A DNA stretch of 64,000 nt from Squalus acanthias (taxonomy: Eukaryota): assembly GCA_030390025.1 (NCBI GenBank), contig CM059425.1, positions 166,534,001 to 166,598,000 on the forward strand, given 5' to 3'. The notes beneath the pieces were generated by a model. That model was not told where the DNA came from. It did no database searches and saw only the letters and a list, made by a program, of their open reading frames with translations. Shown in pieces: positions 39,088-51,000 of this stretch. The position numbers were made by a program, and so were the translations under genes. Within the stretch, counting starts at the first letter, position 1, and each line of letters begins with the position of its first letter.

Positions 39088-39125
39088 TCACAAGCTTTCG
39101 GAGTTGCAACTCCTTCGTCAGGTGA
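39088..39125 (-). ncRNA. Mirror copy of the minimal hammerhead motif
   Basis: The reverse complement reads TCACCTGACGAAGGAGTTGCAACTCCGAAAGCTTGTGA. Confidence 0.8.
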
Positions 39126-39960
39126 AGTGAGGAGATACAGAATCGTCAAAGCATATATAGATAGAGAACAATGCATGTGTAACTTACAATTGCAGACAAC
39201 TGAATTCAATCGTCCTGACTGTTTATCTGCCGAGGTGTGATAAAGTTAATCAGGTCAGCCAGGAAGGTACCACATCAAAGACATAGCAAGATACAACTGA
39301 GACAATGAGGTGGAATCGCATGGGGTCTAACGTGTCAAAAGCTGCCATCTGTATGTAAAACGATTAACTTTAAAATTTTTACTTTTTTACTGGGAATCAC
39401 ATCTGTGAACAAGCCAACGACGACTCGAGTCCGGATCACGTCATGTATCATGACATAAACCCAAGATCCCGATTGAGACCGTCTTCATGAGTGCGGAACT
39501 TGGCTATCAGTTTCTGCTCGATGATTTTGCGTTGTCGTTAGGAAAACACGACAACGCAAAATCATCGAGCAGAAACTGATAGCCAAGTTCCGCACTCATG
39601 AAGACGGTCTCAATCGGGATCTTGGGTTTATGTCACGATACATGACGTGATCCGGACTCGAGTCGTCGTTGGCTTGTTCACAGATGTGATTCCCAGTAAA
39701 AAAGTAAAAATTTTAAAGTTAATCGTTTTACATACAGACGGCAGCTTTTGACACGTTAGACCCCATGCGATTCCACCTCATTGTCTCAGTTGTATCTTGC
39801 TATGTCTTTGATGTGGTACCTTCCTGGCTGACCTGATTAACTTTATCACACCTCGGCAGATAAACAGTCAGGATGATTGAATTCAGTTGTCTGCAATTGT
39901 AAGTTACACATGCATTGTTCTCTATCTATATATGCTTTGACGATTCTGTATCTCCTCACT

Positions 39961-39998
39961 TCACCTGACGAAGGAGTTGTAACTCCGAAAGCTTGTGA
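39961..39998 (+). ncRNA. Minimal type I hammerhead ribozyme motif (PLE-associated)
   Basis: TCAC-CTGACGA-A-GGAGTT gt AACTCC-GAAA-GCTT-GTGA: both core boxes, stem II, a palindromic mini stem III and stem I. Confidence 0.8.
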
Positions 39999-40543
39999 TT
40001 TAAAATAAAACTGTTGGACTATAACCTGGTGTTGTGCGACCTCTCAATTCTATTTATAAAGCCCAGGAACCCATATGCTTTTTTAACTGCTTTCTCAACT
40101 TGCCCTGCCACCTTCAATGATTTGTGCACATGTACCCCTAGGTCTCTCTGTTCATGCACCCACTTTAGAATGGACCCTTTAGTTTATATTGCCTCTCCTC
40201 GTTCTTTCTACCAAAATGTATCACGTCGCACTTTGCTGCATTAAATTTCATCTGTCACGTATCCACCCATTCCACTAGCCTATCTATGTTCTCTTGAAGT
40301 CTATCACTCTCCTCCTCACTGTTCACTGTACTTCTAAGTTTTGTGTCATCTGCAAAGTTTGAAATTGTGCCCTGTACACCCAAGTCCAAGTCATTAATAT
40401 ATATCAAGAAAAGCAGTGATCCTAGTGCTGACCCCTGGGAAACACCACTGTGTACCTTTCTCTAGTCCGATAAACAACCGTTCACCACTACTCTCTGTTT
40501 CCTGTCACTTAGCCAATTTTGTATCCATGCTGCCACTGTCCAT

Positions 40544-43500
40544 AGAAGCATAGAAGATAGGAGCAGGAGTAGGCCATTCGGCCCCTCGAGCCTGCTCCGC
40601 CATTTAATGAGATCATGGCTGATCATCCAAATTCAGTACCCTGTCCCTGCTTTCTCCCCATATCCCTTGATCCCTTAAGCCTTAAGAAATATATCTATCT
40701 CCTTCTTGAATATATTTAATGAATTGGCCTCAACTGCCTTCTGTGGTAGAGAATTCCACAGGTTCACCACTCTCTGGGTGAAGAAATTCCTCCTCATCTC
40801 CGTCCTAAATGGCTTACCCCTTATCCTTAGACTGTGACCCCTGGTTCTGGACTCCCCTGCCATCGGGAACATCCTTCCTGCATCTAGTCTGTCTAGTCCT
40901 GTTAGAATTTTATAAGTTTCAATAAGATCCCCTCTCATTCTTCTAAACTCTAACGAATATAAGCCTAATCGACCCAATCTCTCTTCATACGTCATTCCTG
41001 CCATCCCAGGTATCAGTCTGGTAAATCTTTGCTGCACTCCCTCCATGGTAAGAACATCCTTCCTCAGATAAGGCGACCAAAAATGCACACAATACTCAAG
41101 GTGTGGTCTCACCAAGGCTTTGTACAACTGCAGCAAGACATCCTTGCTCCTGTACTCGAATCCTCTCGCTATGAAGGCCAACATACCATTTGCCTTCTCA
41201 ACCGCCTGCTGCACCTGCATGCTTACCTTCAGCGACTGGTGCACAAGGACTCCCAGATCTCGTTGCACGTCCCCTTTTCCCAATCTATTGCCATTCAGAT
41301 AATAATCTGTCTTCCTGTTTTTGCCACCAAAGTGGATAACCTCGCATTTATCCACATTATACTGCATCTGCCATGCATCTGCCCAATCACCCAACCTGTC
41401 CAAATCATACTGGAGTTTCTCTGCATCCTCCTCACAGCACACACGCCCACTCAGCTTTGTGTCATCTGCAAACTTAGAGATATTACGTCTAGCTCCTTCG
41501 TCTAGATCATTAATATATATTGTGAATAGCTGGGGTCCTAGCACCGATCCCTGCGGTACCCCACTAGTCACTGCCTGCCACTCGGAAAAAGACCCGTTTA
41601 TTCCAACTCTTTGCTTCCTGTCTGCCAACCAGTTCTCTATCCAAATCAGTACCTTACCCCCAATCCCATATGCTTTAACTTTGCACGCTAATCTCCTATG
41701 CGGGACCTTATCGAAAGCCTTCTGAAAGTCCAAATACACCACATCCACTGGTTCTCCCTTATCTATTCTACCAGTTACATCCTCAAAAAATTCCAGTAGA
41801 TTAGTCAAGCATGATTTACCTTTTGTAAATCCATGTTGACTTTGTCCAATCCTGTCACTGTTTTCCAAGTGCTCTGCTATTACATCTTTTATAATGGACT
41901 CTAGCATTTTGCCCACTACCAATGTCAGGCTTACCAGTCTATAATTCCCCGTTTTTTCTCTACCACCTTTTTTAAATAGTGGGGTTACATTAGCTACCCT
42001 CCAATCCATGGGAACTGTTCCAGAGTCTATAGAATTTGGAAAGATGACCAGCAATGCATCTACTATTTCTAGGGCCACTTCCTTAAGTACCCTAGGATGT
42101 AGATTATCAGGCCCTGGGGATTTATCGGCCTTCAATCCCGTCAATTTCCCTAACACCATTTCCCTACAAATACTGATTTCATTCAATTCCTCCCTCTCAT
42201 TAGACCCTATGTTCCCCGACATCTCTGGGAGTTTATTTGTGTCCTCCTTTGTGAAGACAGAACCAAAGTATGTATTTAATTGGTCTGCCATTTCTTTGTT
42301 CCCCATTATAAATTTCCCTGATTCTGACTGCAAGGGACCTACGCTTGACTTCACCAATCTTTTTCTCTTCACATATCCATAGAAGCTTTTACAGTCAGTT
42401 TTTATGTTCACTGAAAGCTTACTCTCATATTCTATTTTCCCCCTCTTAATTAATCCCTTTGTCCTCCTTTGCTGAATCCTAAACTGCTCCCAATCCTCAG
42501 GTTTGTTGTTTTTTCTGGCCAATTTATATGTCCTCTCCTTGGATCTCATGCTATCCCTAATTTCCCTTGTTAGCCACGGTTGAGTCACCTTTTTTGTTTT
42601 ATTTTTATGCCAAACAGGGATGAACAAGTTCTGTAGTTCATCCATGCGATCTTTAAATGTTTGCCATTCCCTATCCACCGTCAACCCTTTAAGTAACGCT
42701 CCCCAATCCATCCAAGCCAACTCGCGCCTCATATCATCGTAGTTTCCTTTATTTAAATTCAGGACCCTAGTCTCTGAGTCAACAACTTCACTCTCCATCT
42801 TAATGAAGAATTCTATCATATTAAGATCGCTCCTCCCCAAGGGGCCTCGCACAACAAGATTGCTAATTAATCCTTTCTCATTACATATTACCCGGTCTAA
42901 GATGGCCTGATCTCTAGTTGGTTCCTCGACATATTGGTCCAGGAAACTATCCCATATACACTCTAGGAATTCCTCCTCCACAGTATTGTTACTAATTTGG
43001 TTAGCCCAATCTATATGTAGATTAAAGTCACTCATGATAACTGCTGTTCCCTTATTGCACGCGTCTCTAATTTCCCATTTAATGCCATCCCCAACCTCAG
43101 CATTAATGTTTGGGGGTCTGTATACAACTCCCACTAATGTTTTCTGCCCCTTGGTATTTCTCAGCTCTACCCATACAGATTCCACATCATCAGAGCTAAT
43201 ATCCTTCCTTACTATTGTGTTAATCTCCTCTTTAACCAGCAATGCTACCCCACCTCCTTTTCCTTTTTGTCTGTCCTTCCTGAATATTGAATACCCCTGG
43301 ATGTTGAATTCCCAGCCTTGGTCACCCTGGAGCCATGTCTCCGTAATCCCAATTATATCATATCCGTTTACATCTATTTGCGCAGCTAATTCATCCACCT
43401 TATTACGAATGCTCCTCGCATTAAGACACAAAGCCTTCAGGCTTGTTTTTTTAACACTCTTAGTCCTTTTAGAATTATTATTTACTATAGCCCTGTTTGA

Positions 43501-43674
43501 TTTACACCCTTGATTTCTCTGCCTTCCACTTTTGCTTTTCTCCTTCCTGTCTTTTGCTTCTATCCTTGCTTCCCTTTCCTCTGTTTCCCTGCACAGGTTC
43601 CCAACCCCCTGCCATTTTAGTTCAAACCCTCCCCAACAGCACTAGCAAACACTTCCCCTAGGACATCGGTCCCA
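40544..43674 (-). mobile_element. Young 5'-truncated CR1 with almost all of ORF2
   Basis: GTCCAT is repeated at 40538-40543 and 43675-43680. The element has a 3' UTR and tail and a 918-codon open frame. Confidence 0.92.
40675..43431 (-). CDS. CR1 ORF2, APE endonuclease plus reverse transcriptase (918 codons open; TTG at track start; TAA about 12 codons early)
   Basis: CLNARSI, GITETWL, GVVYRPP, SDFN (GDFN variant), YLDFQKAFDKV, PQGSVLGP and KFADD motifs. Confidence 0.9.
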   Translation of the reverse strand: MCLNARSIRNKVDELAAQIDVNGYDIIGITETWLQGDQGWEFNIQGYSIFRKDRQKGKGGGVALLVKEEINTIVRKDISSDDVESVWVELRNTKGQKTLVGVVYRPPNINAEVGDGIKWEIRDACNKGTAVIMSDFNLHIDWANQISNNTVEEEFLECIWDSFLDQYVEEPTRDQAILDRVICNEKGLISNLVVRGPLGRSDLNMIEFFIKMESEVVDSETRVLNLNKGNYDDMRRELAWMDWGALLKGLTVDREWQTFKDRMDELQNLFIPVWHKNKTKKVTQPWLTREIRDSMRSKERTYKLARKNNKPEDWEQFRIQQRRTKGLIKRGKIEYESKLSVNIKTDCKSFYGYVKRKRLVKSSVGPLQSESGKFIMGNKEMADQLNTYFGSVFTKEDTNKLPEMSGNIGSNEREELNEISICREMVLGKLTGLKADKSPGPDNLHPRVLKEVALEIVDALLVIFPNSIDSGTVPMDWRVANVTPLFKKGGREKTGNYRLVSLTLVVGKMLESIIKDVIAEHLENSDRIGQSQHGFTKGKSCLTNLLEFFEDVTGRIDKGEPVDVVYLDFQKAFDKVPHRRLACKVKAYGIGGKVLIWIENWLADRKQRVGINGSFSEWQAVTSGVPQGSVLGPQLFTIYINDLDEGARRNISKFADDTKLSGRVCCEEDAEKLQYDLDRLGDWADAWQMQYNVDKCEVIHFGGKNRKTDYYLNGNRLGKGDVQRDLGVLVHQSLKVSMQVQQAVEKANGMLAFIARGFEYRSKDVLLQLYKALVRPHLEYCVHFWSPYLRKDVLTMEGVQQRFTRLIPGMAGMTYEERLGRLGLYSLEFRRMRGDLIETYKILTGLDRLDAGRMFPMAGESRTRGHSLRIRGKPFRTEMRRNFFTQRVVNLWNSLPQKAVEANSLNIFKKEIDIFLKA

Positions 43675-44395
43675 GTCCATTTCATTCCATGGGCTTCAAC
43701 TTTGCTGGCAAGCCTATTATGTGGCACTTTATCAAACGCCTTTTGGAAGTCCACGTACACCATATCAACTGCATTGCCCTCATCAACCCTCTCTGTTACC
43801 GCATCAAAAAACTCCCTACGCTTTGAGCAAAAATCCTGAAAAATAACAGATTCATTGCTTGTTTATCTCATTTCTGTTTCTGGGATTTTATTGATACAGC
43901 ATGGCTGTGCTTGCACTGCTTGAGCTGTTTTAACATGATAAGGTGCTAAGTAAATGCAAGTTTGTTATTATTATAATAATAGGTTCACTGCACAGGATTT
44001 GAAATAATGAGGGATATTGACAATGGAATTTTGTTTTTGGTCAGACATTTGGGGAGTCTCCAAACCAGGCCAGTGAGAAGTCTAGACATGTAGAAAGGTT
44101 GATTTGAAGCCTACCTGCCCGGCGGAAACCTGATGGACAGGGAATGAAAATAAAAGCAGTTTACTTAGTCACTTGGAACTCGACACTTTCTCGCCGTCTC
44201 CGATATTAACCTGCAGAGTTCTGCAGGCAGATGAGGTTAACCCATTGTTCACTATGCTGAGTAGAGCGCACTAGATCCCGAGGTAACTTCACCACCAACA
44301 CAATATTACCTGCAAAAAGAAGTGCTATAATTCATTCAAAAATGTCTGCAACAGATGTTCTGCGGATTGTTGCTTATGATGACATCAAACACATC

Positions 44396-46137
44396 GGCCG
44401 CGATTTCGCCTACTGAGGCGGGCTCAGTGCGGCTGAGGTAGGTGGCGGGTTGCGACCCCGTTCCCAGCTCCATCCCGCCTTGTGACAAGAATTTTCCATT
44501 GATTTGGCTTGTTAAGCCTGCCCTGCGAGGTTCCCGGCCAATTAAAAGGGAGCAAGCCTGATGACATCATTTGATGATGCGTCATCAGCCGGTTTCCTTA
44601 AAGAGACCATGTCCACATTCATTTTTACAGTTGAGCTGTCAGTGTTCTGCAGCATTGAGGTGCTGCAAACACTGACAAGCACTGCACAAGGGTGCATGGT
44701 TGAACCCAGGCACGCAAGGAGGTTCCCTTCCCTTCCAATGGGCGGAAGAGACCTCCCCAGGACACCAGCATAGCCTGATTGCACATTGCACAGGAAGACA
44801 CAAGCAGGAATGTCATCAGGAGGACCAGGCTGCAGTGGCACAAACCTTTCAATGATCTCAGTAGATCATGAAACGTTACTGCAAAGCCACACTCAACCTC
44901 ATCCTGCTGTGCCACTCATCACAACCCCATCACTCTGCCTTTCCTACCCTACTCCTGCAAATCCTTAGTCACACCAACTTACCTTGCACCTCAACCCATC
45001 CCTCTCTCTCTATCTACATCATCACATCTCCATCTCACTAGCCACCCCACACACTCACCCTCATCCTTGTTCAATCATACCAACTAACAACACACAATGG
45101 TAGGCACTTGGGTGTTTTATGCAATGTTCATGTAAAGTTTCTGTTGATGTGTTGCCCAACTTTGAAATCTTTATTTTCAACACTTTGCGTTCTTGGGCAG
45201 ATCTGTGTGCACCTTTGGAAGTGGCTTAGTGAATTGCAGTGAAAGGTGAGACATAATGTTACCCCCCGCAATGGTGAGGTGTGTGAAAGGAATGGTTTGG
45301 GCATTACAGGGATGCTTTATGGCGCTGGTGTGGGGTGGTACCAACCTGGCGCATCATGTGGCAGCCAGGGTGTACAGTGTCAAGTGAATTAAATTTGGCC
45401 ATGGTGAGGCCATCCCTGGCCTCCCGGGCAGCAATGTGGTCGGGTGTTGATGCCCTGTGTCCTGTGCAGCACCAGGTGATTGTGGAGCAGGTTGGTGTAG
45501 TTGTTGGTGATGTTGGTGTGCCTGGTGATGTTGGTGTTGGAACTGATCGTGGAGGGATTCTGAGGGCCAAGGTGAGATTTTTTCAAGGGTACCGATGCTG
45601 CTGGAATAGATGGCAGCTGAAGTTGAGATGACAGAAGCGATCTGTCAATGGTGAGAGAGGTTGCTCTAAGGAGGTGACAGTGGATAGACAGTTTACTTCC
45701 AAACTGCATAAAGCTGAAAAGTGTATTCCAAATCCTGAAGGCTCCAGCTTGTATCATTGGAAAGTGAACAGCTGTGAAATGGTAGCTTTTATACCACTTC
45801 TGCAGCTGTCAACTATTCAGAGGAATGGAGAGTCACTGAGATCCCGACATACTTACCTGACGTGATCCCCGCGCGCCAGGACTCTCGTGAAAAAGCTGGT
45901 AAAATGGTAAGTACATGGTAAAATGCTGCTTAAGTACCTTTTAACAAGCTTTTAAGTATCTGAATTGGCTGACCCGCCGTTTGGTGTCGAGTATGTTCAG
46001 GGATGACAGATCCGACACTTGGGAAACTGACACGGAGGCAGGTTGACAGCGGGATACCGACCCGCTGTCAATGTTTTTGATTTTGACAGTGGACTGGCCT
46101 CCGAACCCGCACTCTGAGCGCCAGCAAAATTCCGGTC
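44396..46137 (+). mobile_element. Non-autonomous Harbinger, family 2, copy C
   Basis: Ends are GGCCGCGATTTC and AAAATTCCGGTC, with a perfect ATC TSD (44393-44395, 46138-46140). It is collinear with copies A and B. Confidence 0.87.
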
Positions 46138-46704
46138 ATCAACATTGATGAAAGTCTCAAATAGGATAGACAATAGCGAACAACCTTGCCTCATTTCTCT
46201 GTTGGGGGAATATGTTCAGTGAGCTTCTCAGCTACCCTTTCATGGCTCTTAGAACTGAAGTACACATTCTGAATAAAATCCAAGAGTTGACCATGTACTC
46301 TTATAACTCTTATAACATTTATAGCTCCTTCATGGGGACTGCATGAGACACTAGATCAAAAGACTTAATGAAAATGGATGAAAGAAATTTAAATGGGTTT
46401 CATATGAGTCTTATAGTAATCCAAAACTACGAGTAGTAAAGGAGCACAAGTTGCCAGAGAAATGGACCATTACCATGCAGATATCCTTGGAGTCAGTGAA
46501 TGTGATGGATAGTTTTGGCAAATGGTAAAATAAGCCTATATTCCTAGAAAGAATGAAATCTACCAAGCTGCTGTGGGAGTGATTCCCTGTGGCGATACCT
46601 CATTAAATGGAAGTTAGCCAATGAATAACTTATAGCATCCTATTTTTTTCCTCAAAATTTACAAAACTGACAGTGATTCAGTGTTATGTGTAAATAAATG
46701 ATGC

Positions 46705-47485
46705 TACATAGTATTTCCAGAACAGAAACAGGCCATTTGGCCCAACAGGTCCATGCGGGTGTTTATGCTCCACACGAGCCTCCTCCTACCCTTCTTCATC
46801 TAACCCCATCGACATATCCTTCCATTCCTTTCTCCCTCATGTGTTTATCTAGCTTCCCCTTAAATGCATCTATGCTATTTGTCTCAGCTACATCCTTGTG
46901 GTAGCAAGCCCCACATTCTAACCACTCTCTGGGTAAAGAAGTTTCTCCTGAATTCTCGATTGGATTTATTAGTGACTTATGGCCCCTATTTCAAGTCTTG
47001 CCCGCAAGTGGAATCATCTTTTCTATGTTTACCCGATCAAACACTTTAATAATCTTAAAGACCTCTATCAGGACAGCCCTCAGTTTTCTCTTTTCTAGAG
47101 AAAAGAGCCCCAGCCTGTTCATCCTTTCCTGATAGGTATAACCTCTCAGTTCTGGTATCATTCTAGTAAAAATTTTTTGCACCTTCTCCAGGGCCTCTTT
47201 ATCCTTTTTATAATATGGCGACCAGAACTGATCACAGTACTCCAAGTGTGGCCTACCCAGGGTTCTGTACAAATTTAACATAACTTCTCTGCTTTTCAAT
47301 TCATTCCCTCCAGAAATGAGCCCCAGTGCTTTGTTTGCTTTTTTTAATGGCCTAATTAACCTGCATCGCTACTTTTAGTGATTTGTATATCTGTACCCTT
47401 ACATCCCTCTGCTCCTCTACCCCATTTAGAGACATTTATTTGCAAGGAGTATGTGGCCTCCTTATTCTTCTGACCAAAATGTACC
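46705..47485 (-). mobile_element. CR1 3' fragment
   Basis: ORF 46991-47299 contains LYRTLGRPHLEYCDQFWSP. Confidence 0.85.
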
Positions 47486-48079
47486 AGTGTGGGACTGTTG
47501 ATGAATGGGGAGGTGTGGTTGAGGTTACTGATATCATTCATGAATAATCTGATCACGTAGAGCCCGGGTAGAAAGGGGCGGTCTACGATGTAGCCTTCAT
47601 TCCTCTTCCTGTTCCTCCACTTCCTGTTGCACTTCCTCCTCCTCCACTTCCTCCTCCTTCTCTTCCTCGTGCTCCTGCTCTTCAGTTTCTCGCGTGATAG
47701 GTGGTGGCAAGGCCTGTTCCCTCACAATGGCCAGGTTATGCAGCATGTATCATAATACCACAAATCTTGATACCTGCTCAGCTCAGTACTGCAGGGCTCT
47801 TCCAGAGTCGTCCAGGCAGCGGGAGCTTTACTTGAGGATGTCAATGGTGTGCTCTATAATGTTCCTTATGGCAGTATGGCTCTCATTGTTGGCCTGCTGT
47901 GCATAGGACTGGCACAGAATGAAGGAATCGTGACTGCTGCCAGGATACCGGGCATTGACCTGCATGATGTGCTGCCTGTGGTCACACACCAGCTGCACAT
48001 TGAGGGAGTGGAATCCCTTTCAGTTCATGACAATGGCAGAGTTCACATGAGGCGCACGCAAAGCAATGTGCTGCAGTCA

Positions 48080-51000
48080 TAGAAATATAGAAAAATAGGA
48101 GCAGGAGTAGGCCATTCGGCCCTTCGAGCCTGCTCCGCCATTCAATATGATCATGGCTGATCCTCTATCTCAATACCATATTCCCGCTCTCTCCCCATAC
48201 CCTTTGATGCCTTTTGTGTCTAGAAATCTATCTATCTCCTTCTTAAATATATTCAGTGACTTGGCCTCCACAGCCTTCTGTGGTAGAGAATTCCGCAGGT
48301 TCACCACCCTCTGAGTCAAAAAATTTCTCCTCATCTCAGTCCTAAATGTCCTACCCCGTATCCTGAGACTATGATCCCTCGTTCTAGGCCCCCCAGCCAG
48401 GGGAAACATCCTCCCTCCATCCAGTCTGTCTAGCCCTGTCAGAATTTTATACGTTTCAATGAGATCTCCTCTCATTCTTCTAAATACTAGTGAATACAGG
48501 CCTAGTTGACCCAATCTCTCCTCATACGACAGTCCTGCCATCCCAGGAATCAGTCTGGTGAACCTTCGCTGCACTCCCTCTATGGCAAGTATATCCTTTC
48601 TTAGGTAAGGAGACCAAAACTGCACATAGTACTCCAGGTGTGGTCTCACCAAGGCCCTGTATAACTGTAGTAAGACATCCTTGCTCCTGTACTCAAATCC
48701 TCTTGCAATGAAGGCCAAAATACCATTTGCCTTCCTAACTGCTTGCTGCACCTGCATGTTTGCTTTCAGTGACTGGTGTACAAGGACACCCAGGTCCCTT
48801 TGTACATCAGCATTTCCCAATCTAGCACCATTTAAATAATACTCTACCTTTCTGTTTATCCTACCAAAGTGGATAACTTCACATTTATCCACGTTATACT
48901 GCATCTGCCATGTATTTGCCCACTCACTCAACTTGTCTAAATCGCCTTAAAGCCTCTTTGCATCATCCTCACAACTCATAATCCCACCTAGTTTTGTGTC
49001 ATCAGCAAACTTGGAAATATTACATTTGGTTCCCTCATCCAAATCATTGATATATATTGTGAATAGCTGGGTCCCAAGCACTGTTCCTGTGGTACCCCGC
49101 CTGCCACCATGAAAAAGATCCATTTATTCCTACTCTCTGTTTCCTGTCTGTTAACCAATTTTCAATCCATGCCAGTATATTACCCCCAATCCCATGTGCT
49201 TTAATTTTGCACACTAACCTCTTACATGGGACTTTATCAAAGGCCTTCTGAAAATCCAAATACACCACATCCACTGGTTCTCCCTTATCTATTCTATCAG
49301 TTATATCCTCAAAAAACTCCAATAGGTTTGTCAAACAATATTTCCCTTTCATAAATCCATGTTGACTTTGTCTAATCCCGTTGATATTTACTAAGTGTCC
49401 TGTTATCACATCCTTTATAATAGACTCTAGCATTTTCCCTACTACTGATGTTAGGCTATAGTTCCCTGTTTTCTCTCTCCCTCCTTTTTTAAATAGTGGG
49501 GTTACATTTGCCACCCTCCAATCTGCAGGAACTGTTCCATAATCTATAGAATTTTGGAAGATGACAACCAATGCATCCACTATTTCCATGGTTACCTCTT
49601 TTAGTACTCTGGGATGCAGATTATCAGGCCCTGGGGATTTATCAGCTTTCAATCCCATTAATTTCTCCAGCACTATTTTTTTACTAATACTAATTTCCTT
49701 TAATTCCTCCTTCTCACTAGACCCTTGGTTCCCTAGCATTTCTGGGAAGTTATTTGTGTCCTCTTCCGTGAAGACAGAACAAAAGTATTTGTTTAATTGC
49801 TCCACCATTTCCTTGTTCCCCATTATAAATTCTCCCATTTCTGACTGTAAGGGACCGCATTTGTCTTCACTAATCTTTTTCTTTTTACATACTTGTAGAA
49901 GCTTTTACAATCCGCTTTTATGTTACTTGCAAGTTTACTCTCATACCCTATTTTTCCCCTCTTAATCAATCTCTTGGTCCTTTTTTGCTGAACTTTAAAC
50001 TACTCCCAATCCTCAGGCTTGCTACTTTTTCTGGCAACTTTATATGACTCCTCTTTGGATCTAATACTATCCTTAATTTCTTTTGTTTGCCATGGTTGGA
50101 CCGCTTTTCCTTTTGTGTCTTTGCGCCAGAAAGGAATGTATAACTGTTGCAATTCATGCATTCGTTCCTTAAATGTTAGCCATTGCCTATCCACCGTCAT
50201 GCCTTTTAATGAAGCTCCCCAATCTATCATAGCCAACTCACTCCTCATACCATCATAGTTTCCTTTGTTTAGATTTAGGACCCTAGTTTCGGACTGGACT
50301 TCTTCACTTTCCATTTTATTGAAGAATTCTATCATGTTATGGTCACTCTTCCCTAAAGGACCCTGCACAACAAGATTATTAATTAACCCTTTCTCATTGC
50401 ACAATACCCAATCTAGGATAGCCTGTTCCCTAGTTGGCTCCTCCACATACTGGTTTAAAAAACCATCTTGTACACACTCAGGAATTCATCCTCCACAGTA
50501 TTATTGCTAATTCGGTTTGGCCAGTCTCTATGTAGATTAAAGTCACCCATGATTACTGTAGTACCTTTGTTACTGTAAGGTTTCCAAAATTTGCAGATCC
50601 CCATAACCTAAGGTAAAAGGACTTTGGAACTACCTCAGAGTGATAATATTGCATTTGGGTCTAACCTAAGAGACTGTAAGACCAAAAACCAAGTTTTGGC
50701 ATTTTAAAACTATGTCTGGGCCTGTAAAGGAACAAGAGGTGGGTTCAACCTCTGTAAAAGCAGTTTTGGGTATTGCAGTTAATTGCAATATCTGGGGAAC
50801 CGGGATGACCTCACTCAAAGCCCCAGTACGCATTAACATTTTGACAATAGGCCCTGGGAGAAGACAGTCTCACCCAAAACAACAGGTCCCATCAAACCGA
50901 TTACAGGGCCCATCAAGAAACATGCATAATACAGAGCACCCAGGACTAGGCTATAGATCAGCCTAGGAACCCAAAACACAAAACTAATCACCAGCAATCA

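Larger units (their letters stand above)
38997..40049. mobile_element. Penelope-like element relic forming a ~1-kb inverted repeat
   Basis: Arms are 39037-39538 and 39548-40049 with a 9-bp spacer. The TSD CTATTTATAAA lies at 38986-38996 and 40050-40060. Each arm encodes RQRKIIEQKLIAKFRTHEDGLNRDLGFMSRYMT* (Penelope GIY-YIG C-terminus-like) and carries a hammerhead motif. Confidence 0.88.
38366..43815 (-). mobile_element. Host CR1 fragment (38366-38996, 40050-40543, 43675-43815) split by two later insertions
   Basis: ORF 38388-38783 encodes the RT C-terminus. The CR1 sequence resumes collinearly after each insert. Confidence 0.85.
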
